64,000 nt of DNA from a virus. Position numbers and translations under genes: made by a program. Of this stretch, positions 47,727-58,000 are shown in pieces; within the stretch, counting starts at the first letter, position 1, and every line of letters starts with the position of its first letter. The notes beneath the pieces are model-generated. The model made no database searches and had not been told where the DNA came from. It was given only the letters and a program-made list of their open reading frames with translations. Where the stretch lies: the IMG/VR virus record IMGVR_UViG_3300042516_004943, positions 1 through 64,000 of that record; one strand, 5' to 3'.

Positions 47727-48592
47727 TGCAACCACAAATACTTAATAGAATAGCGCCAAGCTTTGTATATTTTATTGACCACAAAATGCTTGCAAGGGGC
47801 AATGCGTTTATAAACGTGCAAAGCGGTTCGCTATTTTCCTCTTCGGATCCAAATTATCCAAACAAAAAAATATATGCTAGTCCGTATAGACAATTTGTAG
47901 CAGATAATTCAATTAATGGTGCAAATATTCCATCAGGCGTTTTAGTTGGAAATTCTTTTAATTCAAAGGGATCAAATGGGCTTGCCGTAGATTATGATAA
48001 GGGCAGAATATTATTTAATAATAATTATAACCCAGTATCAGTAAAATGCTCTTATGCTTATAAAGAGTATAATGTTTATTATAATGAGTCTCAGGATGAG
48101 CAATTAGTATTTGAAGCAAAATATCCCGTAAGGCCTACTGACTATAGCTCTGAAGCATCAAACAAAGGGCTTTTGTATGATCAGCTAACATATCCTGCAA
48201 TTTTTGTAAAAACACAATATAATGAAAATTTTCCATTTGCATTTGGTGGCCTCGATGAGACACAGGTGGATATTAGATGCATCTTTTTAGCAGATTCTAC
48301 ATACTTATTGGATGCTGGCGTGTCTATAGCTTCAGATTTAGCAAGAACATATTTTCCAATACTTCATCCAAAGGATATGCCATTTAACATGTATGGTGAT
48401 TATAAAAATAATATTAATTATAATTATTTAAATTTATGCTCTCAATATTCTCAAACTGGTAGCCTAATGGCGCTGGTTGATACGGTGTCTATTTCGAAGT
48501 TTGCGCCATCTGTAAATAAGATGATTGGTAATAACTCTTTTGGGGCATTTGCTGATTTTACTGTAAAATTCATAAGAGAGCCTAGGATTTAA
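47723..48592 (+). CDS. tail terminator-like protein (putative)
   Basis: Precedes tail tube; TYPAIFV...PFAFGG. Confidence 0.5.
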   Translation: MMQPQILNRIAPSFVYFIDHKMLARGNAFINVQSGSLFSSSDPNYPNKKIYASPYRQFVADNSINGANIPSGVLVGNSFNSKGSNGLAVDYDKGRILFNNNYNPVSVKCSYAYKEYNVYYNESQDEQLVFEAKYPVRPTDYSSEASNKGLLYDQLTYPAIFVKTQYNENFPFAFGGLDETQVDIRCIFLADSTYLLDAGVSIASDLARTYFPILHPKDMPFNMYGDYKNNINYNYLNLCSQYSQTGSLMALVDTVSISKFAPSVNKMIGNNSFGAFADFTVKFIREPRI

Positions 48593-48676
48593 CCATAAAA
48601 AAATAGAGAGTTTTTATGAATTTAAAGTGTAATTAGTATAAGAATATTTTCTATAAAACTATAAAACCATAAAATT

Positions 48677-49765
48677 ATGAGCAGAAATCGTATTATATAC
48701 CAATCGCTGGGCGTATTTGCTAGCCAAGTAGCCGCTGACCAAAATCAAAATTCAGCTGGGAAAGTTGCACAGCTAACGCGTGTTCAATCTTTTGATTCTT
48801 CTTTTGAAAGAAATCTAGAAGATATTAACCAATTCGGAAACTTAGCAGCCATTGATCGTTTGGACACAGAAGCTCCAACCGTCAGCGCAAGTTTAGAGTA
48901 TTATTTAACTGATGGTCTTAATGAGAGGCTTTTAGGACTTACTGTAACAACAGGAAATCAGGCTGGAACATCATGTATCTCTGGCATCTTGAAGAAAGAA
49001 ACAGACGAAAAGAATCTTTATTTGATGATTGCTACTGAAGGTAGCGATGCGTCTAGCTATGCTGGAACAACAGGTGTTGTTGGTTTAGGTAATACATATA
49101 TTACATCTTATACTTTAGATGTTGCTGTAGGTGAAATTCCATCAGCAACTGTTGAGTTTGAAGCATTAAATGCAAGAATGTACGCAAGTGCATCAGCTAG
49201 CAACAATGAAGTTCCGGCTGTTAATCCAGCAAATGGTCAGCCAGTTTCAAACGTGTATTTCGCACTTCCGCAGCATAAAACAAACTCATATGCATCACAA
49301 CCAACAGCTCTTCTACCAGGCGATGCTACAATAGATATTACTGGAGTTGTAGGCTGGGCAGCATCTGATTTAAAAGTTCAAAGCGCTTCAATGAGTGTTG
49401 CTCTTGACAGAACACCGCTTAATAAACTTGGCAGCCGTTTCTCGTTTGCTCGTGAAATTGACTTTCCAGCAACAGCTACCCTAGATATCGAAGCAGAGGT
49501 TGGGGATCTTGCAAATGGAGACTTTGCTGATGTTCTTTGTGAAACAGGCACATATGACTTGACATTAAAGCTAAGAAAGCTAGATTGTGAAGGCGATGGA
49601 GACTTTGCTATGGTTGCTACATTAAAGGGCGCAAAACTAGTAAGCCAAGACATCACAACTGCTATCGGAGACAATGCAACAATGTCTGCCTCATTTGAAG
49701 TACCAATTGGCGGACCAGAAGATAACCTTCGCGGAATCTTCTTGTCAGGAAGCTATACGCTCTAA
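48677..49765 (+). CDS. major tail tube protein
   Basis: MSRNRIIYQ...RVQS...INQFG; beta-rich; followed by a terminator, chaperones and TMP. Confidence 0.75.
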   Translation: MSRNRIIYQSLGVFASQVAADQNQNSAGKVAQLTRVQSFDSSFERNLEDINQFGNLAAIDRLDTEAPTVSASLEYYLTDGLNERLLGLTVTTGNQAGTSCISGILKKETDEKNLYLMIATEGSDASSYAGTTGVVGLGNTYITSYTLDVAVGEIPSATVEFEALNARMYASASASNNEVPAVNPANGQPVSNVYFALPQHKTNSYASQPTALLPGDATIDITGVVGWAASDLKVQSASMSVALDRTPLNKLGSRFSFAREIDFPATATLDIEAEVGDLANGDFADVLCETGTYDLTLKLRKLDCEGDGDFAMVATLKGAKLVSQDITTAIGDNATMSASFEVPIGGPEDNLRGIFLSGSYTL

Positions 49766-49785
49766 TAGTTAAAGAAAATTAAATC

Positions 49786-49819
49786 AAAAGAGGCCATATT
49801 TTATGGCCTCTTTTTTTTT
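49786..49819 (+). terminator. Intrinsic (bidirectional-looking) terminator after tail tube
   Basis: AAAAGAGGCCATA-TTT-TATGGCCTCTTTTTTTTT. Confidence 0.9.
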
Positions 49820-49860
49820 CTGCGTGTAATACTTTGTAGGTAAAAGGTTAGTAAAGGTTA

Positions 49861-50109
49861 ATGAATTTTAATATTCAAAATTTTATTAAAGGATTTATAA
49901 AAAGGTCTGTAACAAGATTATTTTTATCTTTTATATATAACCTAGAAGACCTATTGTCTGAGGGTAAAATTTCCCAAGATGATTTTCAAAAATTAAGAAA
50001 AAGAATTTTAGATAAAGGAAATAATTGTATAAGAGATATTTATTTAGAATTAGATAATTTTGATTTTTTATTTAAAAATGATATTATAAATAATAAAGAC
50101 CATGACTGA
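49861..50109 (+). CDS. hypothetical protein
   Basis: 82 aa; LRKRILDKGNN. Confidence 0.65.
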   Translation: MNFNIQNFIKGFIKRSVTRLFLSFIYNLEDLLSEGKISQDDFQKLRKRILDKGNNCIRDIYLELDNFDFLFKNDIINNKDHD

Positions 50110-50914
50110 AGAAACTAATATTCAACCAGAAATCGCACAGCCAGTATCAGAAGTAAAAATAGAAACAGTTGAAGCTACTGTTTCGGCAACAGAGGTTGTA
50201 GATGAAACCCTCAATAAAGATGCTGTTATTGACAAAAATCAACAAGATTTGAATGTCCCAGATTTTGATACTAAAAAATGGCTATATTCATTTAAGGCCA
50301 AAGATGAAGCCGGTACTGATAAAAGATTTTTTATACTAAAACCAAATAGACACTTAAGACAAGATGGGGAAATAGAGTATGCAAAACAGTTGGCAAAGTT
50401 TGTAAAAGCTGGTTTGTTGCCAAAAGCTGCATGGAAAACCATTTTAGAAAATTTAGGAGGAACAATTTCTGATCCAGAAGCATCTGAGTATGCACAAAAC
50501 AGAGCAAAATATTTTGAAGCAAGCATAAGGCTCGGTAGAATTGAGCAAAAAGATAGTAAAACTCCGGAAGATGTACAAGAGATAGTGAAAATAAAAAATG
50601 AAATTTCACTATACGAAGGCAAAATACAATCTTTTGAAATGGAGCAAATATATATATTCGAAAATACTGCGGAAGCAAAAGCCAGAAATGCTACAGTGCT
50701 ATGGTGGCTTTTAAATTTATCTTTTGATGAAGATGGTAATAAATTTTTTAAAGGCAAAACGTTCGATGAGCAAGTGGATTGGTATGATTCATTAGATCCT
50801 GAAAAAGATGCATTTAATTTAAAAGTTGCACAACGTTTTAATTTGTTGATTACGCTATGGTTTTTGAATAGGCTATCTGACTGGAAGGATTTTAAAAACA
50901 ACGATAGTTTTTAA
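50102..50914 (+). CDS. tail assembly chaperone (putative)
   Basis: Between tail tube and TMP. Confidence 0.5.
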   Translation: MTEETNIQPEIAQPVSEVKIETVEATVSATEVVDETLNKDAVIDKNQQDLNVPDFDTKKWLYSFKAKDEAGTDKRFFILKPNRHLRQDGEIEYAKQLAKFVKAGLLPKAAWKTILENLGGTISDPEASEYAQNRAKYFEASIRLGRIEQKDSKTPEDVQEIVKIKNEISLYEGKIQSFEMEQIYIFENTAEAKARNATVLWWLLNLSFDEDGNKFFKGKTFDEQVDWYDSLDPEKDAFNLKVAQRFNLLITLWFLNRLSDWKDFKNNDSF

Positions 50915-50924
50915 AAAATGATAC

Positions 50925-51941
50925 ATGAAAAGCCAGAAAAAAGGGTTTTTGGCTCTATTCAAAGAGATATCTCAGGGATATAGTAAATATTTTATTGAAT
51001 CATTGCAAGAGGAAGTTTTTCTAAAACATCCATCTCAAAATGATTTTTTTGAAATGCTTGAAATGTATGAAGAGCATTTATCGAATTTAAAAAGCATTGG
51101 TATACTTTCTGAAAAAGAACAGATTGAAAATGCGTCAAAAAACGGATGGTGGTCTAATGAAAAAGAAAATGAAATATTGTTTCTAGAGAAATTAATAGAC
51201 AGATTAAATACCACCAAAAAGAAATTAGTTTATCGAGCAGACAAATCAAGAATTGATGAGCAGATTTTCGACGCAGAGAAAAAGATTCGAAGTCTGCAAG
51301 ATGAGCGAAATTCTTATATAGTATCTACCAGCGAAAATATTGCGAGCCAGAAGTATTCTGATTTTTTTATTAAAAATTTCTTTTTTAAAGACAAAGAATG
51401 TATAAGTAAGTTTTTAGATACAAGAATAGTTACCACAGATCCTGCGCTATATGACCGTATTTTTAATGATTGTTTAGAAGCATATTTTTTATATAATCAA
51501 CAATATAACAGTTTAGAAATTAAAAAGTTAGCAATCTCTGTTTTGATTCAAAATATAATGTTTGTATCAAATTCGATATCTGACATTTTTGGACTTCCGA
51601 TATCAAAGATGTCAAAAAATCAATACGATCTGATTTTGTGGGCAAAGTATTACCAGCAAGGCATAAAAAATGTTGGCTCAGAGGTTCCAGAAAGCGTTTA
51701 TGAGAATCCAGATACTTTTGCGGACTGGGCGGAATCAATTAGTAAAAGAAATAAAACAAAAAATAGCAGCGCATCAAAAAGACGAGGCAAAAATTCTAAT
51801 TTTGCTAAAAAATCTGAATTTTTGTTTGGAGATAGGGATGAGATAGAGAGCTTTACAAATTCAAAAATTACAGGAGATGAAGTGCTGCAAAAAGCTACTG
51901 AATCTGGGGGGATGACATTTAAACAATTATTAGATAGTTAA
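50925..51941 (+). CDS. tail assembly chaperone-like protein (putative)
   Basis: Immediately upstream of TMP. Confidence 0.45.
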   Translation: MKSQKKGFLALFKEISQGYSKYFIESLQEEVFLKHPSQNDFFEMLEMYEEHLSNLKSIGILSEKEQIENASKNGWWSNEKENEILFLEKLIDRLNTTKKKLVYRADKSRIDEQIFDAEKKIRSLQDERNSYIVSTSENIASQKYSDFFIKNFFFKDKECISKFLDTRIVTTDPALYDRIFNDCLEAYFLYNQQYNSLEIKKLAISVLIQNIMFVSNSISDIFGLPISKMSKNQYDLILWAKYYQQGIKNVGSEVPESVYENPDTFADWAESISKRNKTKNSSASKRRGKNSNFAKKSEFLFGDRDEIESFTNSKITGDEVLQKATESGGMTFKQLLDS

Positions 51942-52006
51942 TTTTTTATAAAAATAGATTTTTGAAATTTAATACTGTAATTATACTGTAAGGAAAAAGG
52001 ATAATT

Positions 52007-55000
52007 ATGGCTATTGCTTCGTTACCACTTGATGTAGTAGGAAATACGGCACAATTGCGCCGTCAAATTGAGCAAATTCAAAAAACCCCTATTATTCTTG
52101 ACGTTAAAGCGAATACAAGGGGCGCTGCGCCATTGGGCAGAATAAGCGGAGAAATATCTGAAATAGATAAATCTCTAGCTGCAGCCAATGCTCGCGTTAT
52201 AGCCTTCGGTGCCTCTGTGGGAGCCATTTATGCTTTAGAAAGAGCAGTGCAGGGCTTATTTCAATCATTTGTAAATACAGAGAAGAAATTAGCTGATATT
52301 AATGCGGTATTGAATTTGGATGGTGGCGGCATAGCGGCTTTTGGAGATAGACTATTTGATGTAGCAGCAAATACTGCCCAATCATTCGATACGGTTGCAA
52401 CTGCAGCTACAGAGCTTGCAAGGCAGGGCTTGGGCGTAGATGAGACGCTTAGAAGAACAAACGATGCGCTTATACTTACAAGATTAAGTGGGTTGGATGC
52501 AGCTGCAAGCGTTGAGGCTTTGACGGCCGCTATAAATTCTTTTAGCACGCAGGCTTTAAATTCTGGCGAGATTGTAAATAAATTAGCAAATGTTGACGCA
52601 GCTTTTGCTGTAAGCTCCGCTGATTTAGCCGAGGCTTTAAGTCGCGTTGGCTCTAGCGCCTCAGATGCTGGTGTTTCTTTTGATGAATTAATTGCTTTAG
52701 TTACTACAGCGCAACAGGTTACTTCAAGAGGCGGTTCGGTAATTGGTAACTCATTAAAAACAATTTTTACAAGACTTAATAGACAAGACACGCTTGACTT
52801 ACTTGGTGGGTTAGGCATAGAAACAACTGATGCGGAAGGCAAGTTAAAAAATCAAGTTCAATTATTAAGAGAACTTGCTGTTGTTTATGATGATCTAAAT
52901 CAAGTTCAAAAAGGAGAAGTTGCAGAAAAGGTTGGCGGCGTTTTTCAAATAAATATTTTAAGAGCAGCTTTGTCAGATTTGGGAAAAGAGTATTCTATTT
53001 ATGATAGAGCATTGCAAACTTCTATATCTAGCACAGACGAAGCTATACAAAGAAATGCCCAGCTTAATCAAACCATTGCAGCTTTAGGAGCGCAAACACT
53101 TGCTAACGTACAAAAATCTGCATCTAAAATAGGCGAAGGATTGTTTGGGCCAGCAGCAAATAACATATTAAATGCTGTAAATTATATTGCCCAAGCAGCA
53201 AACCAGATTGATTCTGATGGTATTGGTGCTAAAGTTGGAAAGGGAATTATTGATGGTATTGGTAAATTTCTTGGCGGACCTGGCCTTGCAATTCTTGGAG
53301 CAGTACTAACAAAGCTTGGACTGTCTTTTGCTAAATATTTAGGAGAAGCAAGTAAAAGCATATTAGGTACAAATCAGGCCGCAAAAAATCAAGCAGTAAT
53401 TCAGCAAGCTGTTGGTAGTTTTTTAGCAAAAAATTCTAGTTTATATCAATCTATATTGAAAGGACAAACAACAGCTACGCAAGCTGCCCAATTATTTTTA
53501 AAACAAATCCAAGCGCAAACCGTAGAGTTACAAAGACAAGTTGGCGTTGCTAATGCAGTTGCTGCCGCCGTTGCTAAAGCAGCTAACGCATCGAGAACAG
53601 CAGCTGCTGCGACTGCGGCTGTTCCTGTTAGAAGTGGTGGTGGCAAAGTTAGAGCAATGGGTCATGTTCCAAACTTTAGCGCTTCTGCTGCAGATGCTTA
53701 TTTAGCAAAGAAAAAGGGGGGATATGAGCCCGGCTCTCCGCAGCAAACAAAAATTGGTGGCCAAGTTATAAACTGGAATGGTGCCGAAAGTTTAGTTCAA
53801 TATCCAGGCGCAAAAACTCCAGCGATTGTTCCGCCAGAAAATAGCAGAGCCGGAAAATCTTATAGAAAAGATTTTATAAAAGCATCTGGCGGAATGGATC
53901 CTTATGATTCTGCTAAGGCAATGGGTTTTGTGCCAAATTTTGCATTTACAATTGGCGGCAAACAGTACAGAACAAATGCTGCTGTAGCGCAAAATATAAG
54001 ATCAGGCAATATAACAGAATCGCAAGCTGCTGCTGCTGGGTATAAACCAAGCCGAAATTCTCCAGCTGGAAGAGCCGCTGCTAATAAGCAAAGCCAAAAA
54101 AAACCAGACATTACTGTTGGTGGGCCAAGATATGCATACCTTTATGCATCTGGTGGAGATAAAGGCTTAGTTGCGAGTACTGCATATTTACCAGATAACA
54201 GAAAAGTAAATTTTAGTTTTTCAAAAGCTGGTATTAAAAAACCATTCAATTTTAAGGATGAGGTAAATCAGCACATAACGCCTGGATTTAATCAAATTGC
54301 TAAAAAAATATATCCAAGCGCCTTGGGTGGTCCAGGGTATATGATGCAATATTTTGATAAATCGGGAACTAATCAAACACTTGGTAGGCTTTTTGAAGCA
54401 GCTGTTCTTCGCGCTGTTAGGCCAAAAGCAGACGTATCTGGGGCATCTGGCGGTTCAAATTTTGATATACCAAGTCTTGCTGCTAGCGACAGAAGGGCTT
54501 TTGCTGAAATATTTTCTGGCGCACCAACGTACAGAAATGCAGATTTTAAATATAGTGCACCAGGCGGAACAGCTGCCGATGGAAATGTAAAAAGTTTTGT
54601 TGCAAAATTATTAACTGCGAAAGGAGTATCGGCAACTAAAAAAGATATTTTTACTACACCTAGAAGTACCCAATCATCTGGCAAAAAAGCTGCTTTGGGT
54701 TTTATTCCTAATTTTGCAGCAGTATCAGAAGCAGTAAACAGAGAAATTCAAGCTGGAGCAAAGCCAAATCAAATTGGTATTGATACAAATAATAAGTTAA
54801 AATCTTCAAGCAATAAAATGGGGGTTGGTGTTTGGAGCACTGCTTTTGAATCTTCTTTAGCTGAAGGTATTTCCATGGCTAAGAAGTCAGGTATAAATCC
54901 AAAAACAAAGGGGCAACCTGCTGCCAGTGGATACATACCGAATTTTGCTGAAGGCGATAGCGGAGATATTGGGGCTGGATTAACTGCTACTGCAATCAAT

Positions 55001-58000
55001 GCTGCTATTTTATCTTCTTTATTTATAGGTCAAAGAGGAGAACAAAGCGAATTAAAAAGAGCAATAAATGAAGAGGTTCAAGCCAGAAGAGATGCAATAA
55101 AACAGCAGAGACTGGCTGAAGCTGAAAAGGAGCTATTAGATAAACAGGAGCAACAAAGAAAATATAAAGCAATACAGAATGAAAAAACTGGGGCTACAGA
55201 ATATGTCTCTAAAAAAACTGGAAGATATGTTGACCCTTCTTTAGGTCGAAAAGAGCTTGAAAGAATAGATAAAAATTTACAATCTGAAAGGCGAGATATA
55301 GGAAAAGCAATTGATCAGCAAACTAAAAATTTAAAACCCAATGCTATAGATAGAATTAAAGGAGGGGTTAGAACTCCTGGTATTGGCCTTGGAGCAGCTA
55401 TTGCAGCACCAATATTAACGTCAATGATTGAAGACATGATTCCGCAAGATACGCAAGCTGGAAGAACTGCCGCATCTGCTGTTTCTGGAATAGGTGATGT
55501 TATTAGCATGGCTGGTACAGGAGCAACAATTGGTATGGCAGGGGGTCCAAAGGGCGCAGCTATCGGGGCAATTATAGGTGCCGGTGTAGGATTATGGCAG
55601 GCATTTTCAGGAACTGTTAAAGAAGCATCTACTGATATGCCAGAGCTAGCTGCTGCTGCTGAAGCTGCCACGACAGATTTTCAAACATTTCAGGATGCAA
55701 CTACTACGGCATCTACAGCATTGCAAAAATATCAAGATATAGTAGATTCTGGAGGTTCTGAAATAGAAAAGCAAAAAGCGCTTGGGGAATACGAACAAGC
55801 GTTACTGAATATAGATCCAAAAGATATGGCTGAACTAGATCGGCTAATGTCTATGGGCGATAATTTTAATGAGGCTGCTGAAAAGATAGCGAGATTAAAA
55901 ATACCAGATGTTGCTAGACAACAAGCTACTAGTGATATTGCCGAGTTAATACCAAAAATTAAAGATTTGATTGGCAAACAGCAAGTACCAACAAAAGATA
56001 TTGAAAAAGCATTAGCCGATCAAATATCTAAAGGTATTTTTGCTGGGTTAAATCCAAAAGAAATATTAGACAAGGCTGGATTTGCTTTAGATCCTGATTT
56101 ATTAAACAAAGCATTTGATCCTAGAGCTATAGCTCAAACTTTAGAAAAATTACTGCCTGGCACAGATGAAAGCTCAAAAGATTTGAGAGATAGAATTCAA
56201 CAAGCATTAAAAGATGAAAATATTGCAGGGTATATACAATCTGTTTTAAAAGAAGCTGTTCAAGATAAAGCTAAACAAGCACAAATTGTTGCTAATACAC
56301 AAAAAACAGCTGATGCTGTTATTGATCTAAATAAATCAATGTATGGCGGCGCGGCTGGATTGGTAGCAAATCAACCAAAATTAGAACCATCAGCCGATCA
56401 ACAAACAGTACAAAGCCTTCTGGATTGGGTTCCAACAATGACTGGATATGACCCAAGACAAGGTGGCACTGGTGGATATAAGCCATATGATCTTGCTTAC
56501 TTTAATGACAACAAGGATGTTCAAGAAGCTCAACAGGCAATAAAAGATGCTGCTGCTCGAATGGCTTATGGTCTTGAACCTACTGCTCAGCAAATTTCAG
56601 ATGTTTTTGAGGGTGTTTTATTAAAACAAACAGCTGCCCTACAAATGATTGGCGGCGATGTAGATCAAGCAGCTGTTATAGCAGCTGGCAGGGTCAGGGA
56701 AATGTTTGATCTAGATAATCAAGCAGTAGGAAATATGCCAGCCATTGGCGATTTGTTGCATGAATGGCTGGCCAAAGCTTTAGATAGATTAAAAGCAGAT
56801 CCGCAAAATCCACAGTTGCAAAAAAATGCCAAAGATGCGCAAGAGGCATATGATAATTTTGCAAGAAGTACCATGCCAAAGCCTCAGTCAACTCAAACAG
56901 AGCAAATGCTGGCTAAGATGAGAGAAGATGCTGTTAAGCTTGCCGCTGAAGAGACAAAAATGCGAAGAGAAATTTTAGAAAATACAATTAAAAGTCTTGG
57001 CAAAGCACCAGAAAAATATGAATATATTAGTGAAACTGCAGAAGAAATAAATAAAAAACTTAAAGAGGCTAGAGAGGCTTTTGAGCGTGACTCATACTGG
57101 CTACAGGGGCCAAATAGAGAAAAGAGACAGAATGAAATTAGTGATTTAGAAAGCCAGCTTGCTGCTGAAATTGATGCTGCTATACAGCTTAGCGAAACAT
57201 CTAAGCAAGCCGCTGATAGTATTCAGCAAATGTCTGATTGTGCTGTTGCCGCATGTGATTCTGCAATAACCAGACCTTTAAAAGAAAATGCAGCTGCAAA
57301 CGGAACTCCAAGCATTATTGCTGAACCAGCTGCCGCAGAAGTTCCCGTTGTAGTTCCGGTTGCTAAGCCCACTGTATCAGAAACAGAAAGAAATCCATTC
57401 GCTGGTTCTGGCGTGCAATCAGTTACAGATAAGATAACTTCAGTTGATCAAAAAGTTGCATACTTACAAAATTCTCTAGATGGAATTTTACAAGCTAATC
57501 AGGGATCTCAATCACATCTAGAAGAATTAATAACTCCAGTTAGTTCTATACTAGATAATACTTCTGCGCTTTCTTCTAAAATGGATTTTACATTAAAGCC
57601 AGAGCAAATAAATCAGATGTTTAAAACATCATCTGCTTTGGCACAGCGCTCCATAATTGATCTTGGAAATTCTATAACTAATGATGTTATAAAGGTTGAT
57701 AGTAATCTGGAATCTGCATTAAAACTTCTTCAAAGCCTAGAAGATGTTAACGATTTGTTGACCGAATCTAAGTCAATCGATAAACATTCTGAAAATTTAG
57801 ATAAAAGTGTTGCTGCCGGTAATGAAACTAGAGAAGATGTGCTAGCTAAAGTTAAAGAATTAACTGGTATTTTACCAATTATCAAACAAATATCAAATGC
57901 AAAAATATTAAAAGGCGGATGCTTAGACATTTGCGAAATGCCTTTAACGCAAAAACTTGACGGAAAAACAAAAGATCAATTAATCAAGGAAGCGGAAGGC

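Noticed and set aside
50885-50930. Programmed frameshift joining the two tail chaperone ORFs
   Set aside because: The second ORF is in the +1 frame and has an in-frame TGA (50919-50921) just before its ATG, so no fusion is possible.
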